NCBI GenBank assembly: GCA_001643675.2 | Contig: LSRY02000064.1 | Location: 186,001 to 250,000, forward strand | Direction of reading: 5' to 3' | DNA: 64,000 nucleotides | From: Monocercomonoides exilis PA203 | Lineage: Eukaryota; Protista; Preaxostyla | In this document: one piece after another, positions 11,396-21,698 of the stretch | How the letters are laid out: every line of letters begins with the position of its first letter | Numbering within the stretch: the first letter of the stretch is position 1 | The notes under the pieces: model-generated | Databases searched by the model: none | What the model was told of the DNA's origin: nothing | The model's input: only the letters and a program-made list of their open reading frames with translations | Made by a program: the position numbers and the translations under genes

Positions 11396-14300
11396 TCAAT
11401 GATGATACAGCTTATAAAGAGAAAACGGGTAAATGAAGATAAAATGGAACACGATGATGGAAGACAAGCAGAAGACAAGAAGCTCCAAAATGTGAAGAAG
11501 AGAAAGAAGAAAAGAGTTGATGAACTTGCGCCGAGCAGATGAGTGTTTCGACTGGTGAGAATGAGAGTGACGCGAAGAAGAGGAAGAGGAGGAAGAGGAA
11601 GATGAAGAGGTAGAAGAAGATGCTGATAATTGCTGCTGACTTTCTATTTGTGATTGCATGTGAAGCGATGTGTAAGAGGAAGAAGAAGATGATGATGAAG
11701 ATGAAGATGAAGAGGAGGAGGAGGAAGAAGAAGAGTAATTTTCTTTCATTGAGAAAAGAGATTGGATGGCATTAAACACAACAGATATGACAGAAGGTGT
11801 GGTTGAAGAGAAAGGAATAAGATTGATTAGAAAATGGCACATTGAAAAGAAAACAGCCGAAAGATAACGAAAAACAAATGATGAAGCAGACGCAAAGAAA
11901 GCAGAGAAAGAAGAGAAAATCGAAGAAGAAGCCAGTTGGATGTCAGATTGCGAAGAAGCACTTGCATTTTTCATTCTCTTCTGTTCTTCGAGTGCTGCTT
12001 TGATCACATCTTCGATCTCTTTTCGCTTTGCGTCGCTGTCCAATTCATTTCCTTTTGAGCTTTTTTCTTTTTCTTTTTCTTTCTCTTTCTGTCTCTCTTC
12101 TGCAGACTGCTCTTCTCTTCTATTGCAATCATCAGTTGAGCCACGTTCTTTTCCTTCAAATGCAGCAATTTCACAATTCTCGCTATTTTTTCCTCCTTTT
12201 TGATTTTCCATTTGTTTTGCACAGTTTTCTTTCGTGTTTGTCTTTGAGTGGTTGATTGGAATGACAATCTGATGCTTCAAAGAAGACAGCGGACCAAAAT
12301 TCATCTTCGGTTTTTGCTCAAACAATTTTGATTCGCTTTCGCTCAAACAAAAGTCCTCCTCCCTTCTCCCTCCTCTTTCTCTCCTTCTTTCTTCTTCTTC
12401 TCCTTCTTCAGGAAGCACCCATCTTCTATCAATCAATCCAACTGCCACTGTATCCTCTGCCTCTCTTCGTATTCTGTGCATTTTGTTCTTCCGAATTCGA
12501 CTGCCAGAATTCACAGGGCACGTCGGCTGCCCCAAAATAGATATGTATTTTGGCTTGCTTCTTTTGTGGTGAGGAGTCTGCGATGGAATCGATGAAGCAG
12601 AAGAATGGGAAGGATATCCAGAAGATGAAGAAGATGTTGCATTGTTCTTCATTGCGCCTCCACTGTAGATCATCCATGCAAGTGCTTTCCCTTTCTCATT
12701 TGATTGTTCTGTGCTAATCTTTGATTCTTTTGTTGACACATTTTCAGTCGAAACTTGATTATTGACTTTGTTTTTCAATGAAGACTCTTCATTTCCCTTT
12801 TTTTCTTCTTTCCTTTTATCTGCTGATGTTGTTGACTCCAATGCTGATTCATTTCTTCCCTCCAAAGCATCACCCTCATCTTCTTCCTCTTCTTCCTCTT
12901 CTTCCTCTTCCTCATTCTCGCTATTCCAATTGCTTTCCGCTTTCCCTTCTTCGCAATCAATCGCCTCTCTTCGATGTGTCTGCCTTTTGCTCCTTTTCCA
13001 AATGCTGCCTGTTTTCTCTGTTGATTCATTCGCTTCGCTTTCACTCCCCTTCCCTTTTTTGCTGCCTATCAAAGGAGTCTTATCATTTCTCTTGCTGCTT
13101 CCTTCTTTTGACATCTCTTTCTCATTCTCTTCTCCTTCATCCATTTCAACTATCTTTCCTTTCCCTTTCCCTTTCCCTTCTTCAATATTTCTTCCTCCTT
13201 CGCTCATCTCAACCATCTTCTGCTTCATCCTCTTGTTGTTCTCTTCCATTTCAAAGAGCATTTCAGCAAACACAACTGAAATACTCGATGAGCCACGGGC
13301 AACTCTGAGAATAGCTTCAATGTTTGGCTGAGGGGTGGAAGGAGGATAAGAAGAAGAAGAGGAAGGAGAAGATGGAGATAAATTCTGTTTGTTGCGAATC
13401 AAAGGAGAAGGAAGGAATGAAAAGAAAGCAGAAGAAGAAGCAGAAGGCGAGAGAGGAGTTGAAGGGCAGGATGGAAGCATAATCGATGAGGAAGAAGAGA
13501 TTGAAGAAGAAGAAGAAGAAGAAGAAGATTGTAATTGTCTTCTTCGTCTTGTCAGATGTGGATTGTGTCGCAGAATGTTTGTTGGTTTGTCGTCTTGGTC
13601 GGTCAGTACAAAGGAAAGTTGAGTGTTGAAAGGATCAGAAATCATTGAAGGAGATGGAGGAGTTGAAGAAAAGGAGAAAGGAGAGGAGAAAGAAGAAGAG
13701 AGAGAAGGAGATTTGGATGAAGACTTGACAAGTGCTGTGGAAGAGGAGAATGGGGAGGAGGATGTTGGAGATAGAGAAGAATTGCTTGTATTGTTGGAAG
13801 GGGATAATGAAGATGTCAAAGATGTATAAGTAGTAGAAGAAGAAGCTGATGATGATGATTGAGAGGATGAACTATTTGGCTGAGTAGCTGGTGACAATGA
13901 AGAAGAATGAGAAGAAAGAGAATGAGAAGGAGAAGAAGAAGAAGACGACGATGATATTTGAGTTGTGTTCAAAGGATGAAAACGCAAAGAAGGCGGTGAA
14001 AGTTCAGGAAAAACAGATCGAATTAGAGAAGATGGAGATTTAGGATAGGGACGAATGGAAGAGGAAGAGGAAGAAGAAAAAGAGGAAGAAGAAGACGATG
14101 ATAAAGCTGAAGGTGAAAGTGGAGACGAATGTGAAGTAGATGAAGATGAAGCAAAAACAGAAGGAGAAGAAGAAGAATTTGAAGGAGAACGAGAAGAATC
14201 TTCGCACAAAACAGGCATTTTATCTGTTGGTGAAGGAGAAGATGAAGAAGAAGGAGAAGAAATAGAAGAATTAACTGATGACAAAGAGGGAGAAAGAGAA

Positions 14301-17300
14301 GAAGGCGAAGAAAGCGAAGAAGGTGAAGAACCTCCTTCTTTGATTCCTTCTTCATTGCTTTTTGAGGCAGATTGGCGGGTGTCTGAATAGAGAGAGTAGA
14401 GGAACTTGGAAGTTGGGGTGAACAGGACAGAGTTTGGATGGACGGTGAAGATGGGAATTTGCATAGAAAACAGAGTGCGCTGTGGTTGTGACTGGGATGA
14501 TGTGGTGCTTGTGTGTGTTTGAGAAGGAGAAAGAGAAGAAGGAGAAGAGGAAGAGGAGGGGGAAGAGGAAGAGGAAGAAGAAGAAGAGAAAGGGGATAAT
14601 GATTTCAGATTAGACAAGCTAAACTTTGGAAAGGATGAAGGCTTCTGAGAAGGAGAAGATGATTGAGTTGATCCAAACATTTCGTCTGTCTCGAAAGAAA
14701 TAGAAGCCAAAGAAGAAGGCGACGAAGGAGAAGAAGAGGAGGAGGAAGGAGAAGGTGAAAGAGGGTGTGTGTATGAGGATAAAGTTGATATGGACGGAGA
14801 AAACGGAGAAAATGAACTGGAAGATGAAGGAGATATGACAAAGCTTGGTCTGATGGAAGAAGGAGAAAGGACAGCTGGAATTGGAAGTGGCTGATGGGAA
14901 GAAGAAGAAGAAGAAGAAGAAGAAGAAGAAGAAGAAGAAGATTCATTCGTTTGAGATTGAGTATCATCTGATGAGGAATGCTTATTTCCTTCTTCTTCAT
15001 CCTCAGTTGATGATGATGATGATGATGATGATGAAGCACTTGTATCATCACTGCCATGCTTCTGATTAGCTGAAGAAGCATCAGAACTGTCTCCTTCTTC
15101 ATTCAGCAGCTCGTCTGCAAGCTTCTCTTTCATCCGCAGCAGCTCCAAATGAGCGTCGTAGTCACTGGGAAACAGATTGATGGAAGTTGAAAGAGACATC
15201 AGCGAGTCAGAAGAGCGTGTTCTTCGGAGATGAGACAGAAGAGAAGGCTTGTGTGAAAGAAGAGAAGAGAAACGATGAGAACCAGAAGAGGAAGAGGAAG
15301 AGGAAGAAGAGGAGGAAGAGGAGGAAGAGGAAGAAGATGATGGTGAACTGTGCTTTGAATCTTCATTGGATGTGGCATCAGCATTTGCAGATGGCAATGA
15401 ACCAGCTGTCTGCTTCGAACGAGGTGATCGCAGAAGACTCGCAAACCATCTTTCGCATTTTTTGCTCCATCCTTTTTCTTCATCACACTTTTTGCCGTCA
15501 ATTGCGCTGTCTTCTTCTTCCTCTTCCTCTTCTTCTTCTTCGTCGTCGTCGTCATCGTCGTCGTCGTCTTCACTATTGCTGCATTCATTGTAATCATTTT
15601 CTTCATCGATTCGGTTGCTATTTAAACTTGAATGCAAGCTCTTCGCTTTTTCGTTGCCTTTCCATCTGTTTGGTTTGAATGGCCGATTCTCATCATCTTC
15701 TTTCCTGTTTGTTTCACAAATCACTTCGTTGTTATCATCATCAATACATCTTCTCCCCTTTCCTCTATCTTCTTTTCTTCCATTCATTTTATTCTTATCT
15801 TTGGCTTCACCTTGCTTTAGCATCAGCATTGCTTTGCTCGCTATGTTCAGACACAGACAAACCAGCGAACGAGATTTTGTCATTTTGTCTTCTTGAACAT
15901 CTTCCTCGTATTCTCCTTTCATTCTTTCTGTTTTAAGTTCTTTCTTCTCGTTTTTAGCCTTCTTCACTTTATTGTACTTCACAGAAAATAGTATGAGCCC
16001 CAAAAAGACGATTATGACACCAAAAAGAGAGAGAAAAGAGAGCAAATACGCGATAAATGGATGAGATGCAAAGAGACAAGAAGGACGATATGGCAGCAAA
16101 GACACGTAGGTGTTGATCAACGAAGAAAATGACAAATGATTATTGGCAGAATAAACAGAAGAAGAAGAAGAAGAAGATTGCATTTCAGCACTTGCAATCG
16201 GAGTTATCTCCTGAATGTTTAATGAATTGCTGTCAGATTTGTGCGTGGGAATTAGAACGATGGAAGATATGATGAACAAAAGTGTGTTGAGCAGCGGAGG
16301 CCAAAGCGCCAGAACTTCCAAGCGGAAAGCCGACGACGTTTTAAGCAGCGAGAAGGAGAAGATCTGCTGAAGTGAAGAAGCTGCAATGTACAGCAAGACA
16401 ACGATATACGAGAACAGAAATGAATGTGTGCGAGATAATTGTGCATTGGAGGAAGGATTTGAAGAAAGAGATGATGTTTCAGAATAAGAATCAGAATGAG
16501 TGTATTGATCTGTTCTATCATCTGAGCCTTGTGAAGTGGAGTTTGTGAAATGGCTGTCTGCAGCCTCAAGTTGACTATTGTTGCTGGATGTTTCAATGAA
16601 ACTGCTTCCTTCTGATTGAAGGCACTTAATCTGTTCTTCGCTCCTTGACTCATTCAAAAAGGAGTGCTGACTGGATGAAGGTGAAATGGTGTTGTTTGTT
16701 GTGAATGCGCAAAGGGAAGACGAAAAGGATGGTGAAGACAGAAATGATTGCATTGAAGGAAGCAGAAGAAGAGTCTGACAAACATGAAAAGACTGACGTT
16801 GAAAAAGCTCCAATGAAGAAGATGAAGAAGTGGATGACGGTGAAGAAATTAAAGTTGAAAGAGTATCGAAGTTGTGCTGCATAATATGTTTATGGCTATT
16901 GATTTCTGTTGAATTAATGGTATGTGTTAAGGACATATCTGTCCTTGACGGTGATGAAGAAAATGAAAAGAAAAGAAATAAATACATAAAGATGGAGATG
17001 AGCAAGACAGAACACCCAGCTGTCAAATATGTCATGTAAAGTGGCGAGCGTCCACTGACCAAGGGGAACGAGAAAAGACGACTGACAAACGAGAAAAATC
17101 CAACGTGTGACGACTTTCTGGAAGACAAGTGCGATAAAGTTTTTGATGAATGGCTTGAAGAATAACTTTTATGTGTTTGCGATACTGATTTGATTAATCC
17201 TGTTTGTGTTTCTTCCAAACTTGTTTTTGGAGAATGACGCAGCGCAAGCGCGCCATAATGCTGTGGAGGGTGAGTTCCTTGAAAACGAATCAATGAATTG

Positions 17301-18082
17301 GATGAATTCAAAGGTACAAGTGTTGTAGATCTATTGTTTGGAGATCTCGGAAAAGGATGCGCCTCGATCGGAAATGAATTATCTGTTTCGTCCATGGATA
17401 CAACCGTCGTTTCACTTCCTGAATAATCGCTGTCATCGGTGTCTTGGTTTTGATATGGTGAATCTATCAGATCCTGAAGTAATGTGTGAGAGCGCAACCA
17501 AATTGAAAGATTTGTCAATGAAAGATGAGAAACGTTTCGCAATCTCTTTTTTCGAAATGACATTTCAGCCAACGTATGCTTTAAAACAAATATTAATGAT
17601 GACGCAACACTAAATAAAACTCCACTGAGTTTCATTGAGAATGTTGAGAAAATTGTCAAAAGTGCGCCAAATAGAATGAATAATATAATTTTTGCATATT
17701 TACGTCCGCTACAATCTCCAAATAAGTACATAGATGCATTTATCTGAAGAATTGGCGCAAATGATGTTAAAAAAAGTTTTATCGGAGGAGAAATTAATAT
17801 TTCGCTTTTATTCATTAGATACGAAGCAAAATTATCCAAAAATGAAAATATGATAGTTACAATAAGCACCTTTCCAATGGAATATCTTATTTTCTCGTTT
17901 GAAAGCTCTGTTCTTAGAGAACAAAATGAAACGAAATAAATTACAGTAGCTTGTAAAAGAGACAGAATAAGGGGAATTGGGTACAAATAAATCACTATTG
18001 GTCGTAAGGTAAATTTTACACTTCCAGCAATCAACCAAATAAGAGTGCTCCAACAGATATTTCTTAAAAAAGAAAAATTCAT
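11396..18082 (-). CDS. TPT/SLC35E-like (DMT superfamily) transporter with large Ser-rich insertions and a ~1500-aa low-complexity tail
   Basis: Single 2228-aa ORF. TM segments match the TPT pattern: YPIPLILSLLQ, FAPILQINASMYLFG, FGALLTIFSTFSMKLSGVLFSVASSLIFVLK, FSLLKTSSAFRLEVL, GVIIVFLGLILFS. They are separated by poly-Ser tracts. Confidence 0.65.
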   Translation of the reverse strand: MNFSFLRNICWSTLIWLIAGSVKFTLRPIVIYLYPIPLILSLLQATVIYFVSFCSLRTELSNEKIRYSIGKVLIVTIIFSFLDNFASYLMNKSEILISPPIKLFLTSFAPILQINASMYLFGDCSGRKYAKIILFILFGALLTIFSTFSMKLSGVLFSVASSLIFVLKHTLAEMSFRKKRLRNVSHLSLTNLSIWLRSHTLLQDLIDSPYQNQDTDDSDYSGSETTVVSMDETDNSFPIEAHPFPRSPNNRSTTLVPLNSSNSLIRFQGTHPPQHYGALALRHSPKTSLEETQTGLIKSVSQTHKSYSSSHSSKTLSHLSSRKSSHVGFFSFVSRLFSFPLVSGRSPLYMTYLTAGCSVLLISIFMYLFLFFSFSSSPSRTDMSLTHTINSTEINSHKHIMQHNFDTLSTLISSPSSTSSSSSLELFQRQSFHVCQTLLLLPSMQSFLSSPSFSSSLCAFTTNNTISPSSSQHSFLNESRSEEQIKCLQSEGSSFIETSSNNSQLEAADSHFTNSTSQGSDDRTDQYTHSDSYSETSSLSSNPSSNAQLSRTHSFLFSYIVVLLYIAASSLQQIFSFSLLKTSSAFRLEVLALWPPLLNTLLFIISSIVLIPTHKSDSNSLNIQEITPIASAEMQSSSSSSSVYSANNHLSFSSLINTYVSLLPYRPSCLFASHPFIAYLLSFLSLFGVIIVFLGLILFSVKYNKVKKAKNEKKELKTERMKGEYEEDVQEDKMTKSRSLVCLCLNIASKAMLMLKQGEAKDKNKMNGRKEDRGKGRRCIDDDNNEVICETNRKEDDENRPFKPNRWKGNEKAKSLHSSLNSNRIDEENDYNECSNSEDDDDDDDDDEEEEEEEEEEDSAIDGKKCDEEKGWSKKCERWFASLLRSPRSKQTAGSLPSANADATSNEDSKHSSPSSSSSSSSSSSSSSSSSSSGSHRFSSLLSHKPSLLSHLRRTRSSDSLMSLSTSINLFPSDYDAHLELLRMKEKLADELLNEEGDSSDASSANQKHGSDDTSASSSSSSSSSTEDEEEGNKHSSSDDTQSQTNESSSSSSSSSSSSSSSHQPLPIPAVLSPSSIRPSFVISPSSSSSFSPFSPSISTLSSYTHPLSPSPSSSSSSPSSPSSLASISFETDEMFGSTQSSSPSQKPSSFPKFSLSNLKSLSPFSSSSSSSSSPSSSSSPSSLSPSQTHTSTTSSQSQPQRTLFSMQIPIFTVHPNSVLFTPTSKFLYSLYSDTRQSASKSNEEGIKEGGSSPSSLSSPSSLSPSLSSVNSSISSPSSSSSPSPTDKMPVLCEDSSRSPSNSSSSPSVFASSSSTSHSSPLSPSALSSSSSSSFSSSSSSSIRPYPKSPSSLIRSVFPELSPPSLRFHPLNTTQISSSSSSSSPSHSLSSHSSSLSPATQPNSSSSQSSSSASSSTTYTSLTSSLSPSNNTSNSSLSPTSSSPFSSSTALVKSSSKSPSLSSSFSSPFSFSSTPPSPSMISDPFNTQLSFVLTDQDDKPTNILRHNPHLTRRRRQLQSSSSSSSSSISSSSSIMLPSCPSTPLSPSASSSAFFSFLPSPLIRNKQNLSPSSPSSSSSYPPSTPQPNIEAILRVARGSSSISVVFAEMLFEMEENNKRMKQKMVEMSEGGRNIEEGKGKGKGKIVEMDEGEENEKEMSKEGSSKRNDKTPLIGSKKGKGSESEANESTEKTGSIWKRSKRQTHRREAIDCEEGKAESNWNSENEEEEEEEEEEEDEGDALEGRNESALESTTSADKRKEEKKGNEESSLKNKVNNQVSTENVSTKESKISTEQSNEKGKALAWMIYSGGAMKNNATSSSSSGYPSHSSASSIPSQTPHHKRSKPKYISILGQPTCPVNSGSRIRKNKMHRIRREAEDTVAVGLIDRRWVLPEEGEEEERRRERGGRREEDFCLSESESKLFEQKPKMNFGPLSSLKHQIVIPINHSKTNTKENCAKQMENQKGGKNSENCEIAAFEGKERGSTDDCNRREEQSAEERQKEKEKEKEKSSKGNELDSDAKRKEIEDVIKAALEEQKRMKNASASSQSDIQLASSSIFSSFSAFFASASSFVFRYLSAVFFSMCHFLINLIPFSSTTPSVISVVFNAIQSLFSMKENYSSSSSSSSSSSSSSSSSSSSYTSLHMQSQIESQQQLSASSSTSSSSSSSSSSSSRHSHSHQSKHSSARRKFINSFLLSLLHILELLVFCLSSIIVFHFIFIYPFSLYKLYHH

Positions 18083-19004
18083 ATTGCATTAATGTGGTTA
18101 CGATCAAAATGCAAATTCTTCTAATGATAGTCAAGAAATTAACATTTTTCTTTATGTGTTAATTATTATCATTAATAACATGGTGCAAATGGATATGATA
18201 CGACCAGTGAAAAATTCATATCATAATGATTTCTTTTTCATAATCCAACCAGAAAATCATTAGCGCAATGAAGATAAAGTTTATTTTTATCATCAATTTT
18301 TCAAAGAAAGAAACTTTTAATTTTTTTCAATTTTTGAATTAAGATAAAAAAACTATTTTTGAATTGAAGCACTAATATCTTTATGAATGAAGAAAAAATG
18401 AAATTTCTTTTAGGGTTAACCCTTATTCATACAGTTCTGTTGTTAAAATTAGTCAAAAGGGAAAAAAACCAAAAAAAATACATGATTTAATTAAATGATG
18501 GGTTTGATCAAAGATTTTTATGTATTAAAGATTTATGACATTGGAAGATCATTTAATTTTTGAATAGAATTTCATAACTGATCTTAAGCCTTTGTGACTT
18601 ACTGACTTTTAACAATAAAAATTACCATTCTGACTGACTTTTTCTTTTTTTTCATGTCAAAGCTATATTTTTTTTTTGATTTGGGATATATTTCTTTCAA
18701 TTTAAGAATTTGTTCACTATTTCAGTTTTGAAAAATTTCAAAAATTCAAATTATAACTTCATGGAAAAATCAATTTGAATATTTCGTTTATTATAGAAAA
18801 TGACCAGATCAACAATTAGGGAATTTCCAAGTCAGTAACTTGTTGATCTTTTTGTGTCTCAGTCAAAAAAGTCATGTCAGGGCCCATCATTTTAAACAAA
18901 GATTCACAAATCAAAGAGTTTCAAGTTGCACTGACAGATTCGAAAATTGTTTTATTGTTTTCAATCTTGCATTTTTTTGTGAAACATATTTTTCATATTA
19001 TTAG

Positions 19005-20785
19005 GCAATGAGTTATTTAAGAAAACTTGATGAATTAAAAAAATACGAATTCAACTTTTTGAATCTCGCTCTGGTGGAACGAAATGGAAAAGGAGCATGT
19101 TTGCTTGTGAATGTCTTTAATTTTGATTCGTGATAAAAATCATTCAAAGTCTACAAACATCCTGTTAAAGAAAAAGAGTTTTTAACAAATGTCACTTTGG
19201 AAGTTGTTAACGAAAAATTATGGATATCTTTCATCCCATCAAACGAATGCAGATCGCCAGTTAGGGAATATCACGAACAATTCCGTTGTCCAAATGCAAG
19301 AGGAGATGCAGTTTGCGGTGTCAGTGAAAGAAAAAATTATGCTGGAATTAAAAATCATCATTGTTCAATTTTATTAACACAAAATTATTCAAGTTTTTAA
19401 CAATTTTCTTCTGTGATTAAAAATCGTGATGATCCTGACAAAAATTTTGATTATTCAGTTAACAACACAAGCACTAATTTGGAATTTCTATTTGCGCAAA
19501 TTGTGAGTCACTGCAACATTTTCATAGCTTCTGCATCATCGAAAGAATTTAACAATTTCAGAACTGCCTTAACCAAAATTTCTCAAGAAAATCCAGACAA
19601 ACATCCAACCAAAATATTCCCATATTTAACAAGTAGAAAACTAAGCAGCTTGACTATTTCTAAAAGTGAAATCGTTAAAGAAAAGAGGGAGAAAGAATTA
19701 TTCTGAAAATGCATTTGCGTTATGATGGATGGTGGAATAGTTGGAGGACAAAAATGCACCATTTCTACAATTGCTCAGCTGTCACAAGAAATAACAACCT
19801 TTTGTGGAAAGTTTTTCCTCATTGCTTCAAAACAAGTCATTATAGAAAATTAGCCTAGATTATAACAAAAGAATTGGAGTCATTGCATGCAAGTGTTAGG
19901 TGTTTCTGTTCAGATGGTTTTAAACCTCAGAAAAAAGCTCTGGAAAACTTCACAACATCACTTGAAGAATATGAAGAATATTTGCTATCAAAAATTAAAG
20001 TTGCTCCATTTTTTATTTATTGTTCAAACCATCTTCAAAATTTAGTTATTACAAAAGCTTTCACGAGAATTGTTTTTTTGAGACAAATATTGAATGATCT
20101 TTCATTTTTTTTCAAAATTTGTCCATTCTTCGGCAATCAGGAAGTTTCAAAAGCAAGAATGTCCTTCATTTGTTCAAACGAGATGGCTTTGTTTGTACCA
20201 AATTTGCTCAATTAAAAGGAAAAACAGCGAGGCCATTTTTTAACATTCGTTTCTTTCATCAGATAAAGTGTTTAATTCAGTATTGATGGAATTATTGTTA
20301 TTTCCTATTCACAGGTGACAACTTTTTTTGGAAACTGATCGCACAAAACTTGGTGAAATTTTCCCCATGATCCTTTAAACAATTGGAATTTTATATGGAA
20401 TCAAATGCTTCCAAAGATTCAGATCTTGTAATTGGCAAAATGTTATTACTAATATTCTTGTTCTGATGCAAAACCATTTTCTATTTGGAAAAACAGGTGA
20501 AATGATATCACTGGCATACGTTTTTACACCAGTTGGAATGCAAAAGTTCATTAGAAATGAATTTTCAAATTCATTTATTGAAGCAAAACACGTGATAGAA
20601 AAGTTGGATTCAAAAGGAGTAACAGTAAATCTTCTCCATTCAATCAGTGAGCATTCTAATTCGGAAAAAACTATTTTTCAACAAGGTCATTTTAATGAAG
20701 ACAATAGATATGTTCAAATGAGATCTTCCTCGTTTTTACAACCAAGGAATATTTCATCACACTCATATTTTTTCAACTAATCAAA
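19005..20785 (+). pseudogene. Decayed hAT-family transposase (stops and frameshifts), truncated at the TIR starting 20786
   Basis: Fragments occur in hAT order: zinc-finger-like FRCPNARGDAVC...NHHC, VMMDGG (D1), FCSDG (D2), YCSNHLQNL (CxxH), FVQTRW (TRW). The C-terminal dimerisation/E region is absent. Confidence 0.75.
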
Positions 20786-21698
20786 GGCATAAGTATAAAA
20801 AAACGCCTCCTTCAGTTTTATGATTTTCTTAATTTCAACAAAATTATCATAAATAACATTAAAAAACAACACTTTTGGGTGGAGCAGTTTTATGATATTT
20901 CAACATAAATTTCATTAAAAAATTTTTTGTGATCAATCCCTTAATTAAAAATTTTCTTGTTCATTTTCTGTTTTTAGTGCGAAAGCGGAAGAATCTCAGC
21001 TTGATTGTTGCAGCCAATAATGCATTTCTTGCGATGTCATAAATGAAGTTAGAATTTGCACTAATTTTATTTCTTTAAATCTGTTATTCAATAAAAATTT
21101 CGCTATCGCTTATTAATCAATAACAATTCATAATATTTAATTGAAAGAAGTTTCTCTCAATGAAAGCCAATGTCACAGAAGATCTGATGATTATGAAATA
21201 CTCATATTTCCAATTTTATTAGAGAAATCAGTAATTTATGTATTATTTATTTTTTTGAATTGAAATGCTTTCCATTTGAAATGAAGGCTATCGCTCTTGT
21301 TTTTTTATTGATTTTGCTAAATAAGACATAATTGTTTGATAACGATTATTGTTCATTTTGTTTTTGTCAAATTGTCTCAAATAATAAAAACTGTGAATGA
21401 AAATACAAAAAATGTGCAGTATTCACGTGATTTATTTTTTGAGGGCTCGTTTCATCAAAATGAAAAGAACGAAAAACTTCAAAATGAATAAATGCCGACG
21501 GAAGATGTTTATTAATTGTTAAAGAAGCTGCTCGTAATAAACTTGAAATGCGGTAACAATCTCGATGTGTTCCCAATTCCACAACATATGAAATTCTATG
21601 GATAAAAAGCCAAATTTCGAATCGGTTCAAAAAAAGTTTTCGCTTCTATTTTCATTAATCTCCAATAATTTCTGTATTATGCATGAACTTTTAGAATA

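Noticed and set aside
11940-17613. Poly-E, poly-K and poly-L ORFs inside the 2228-aa gene
   Set aside because: Antisense or shifted frames of poly-Ser codon runs.
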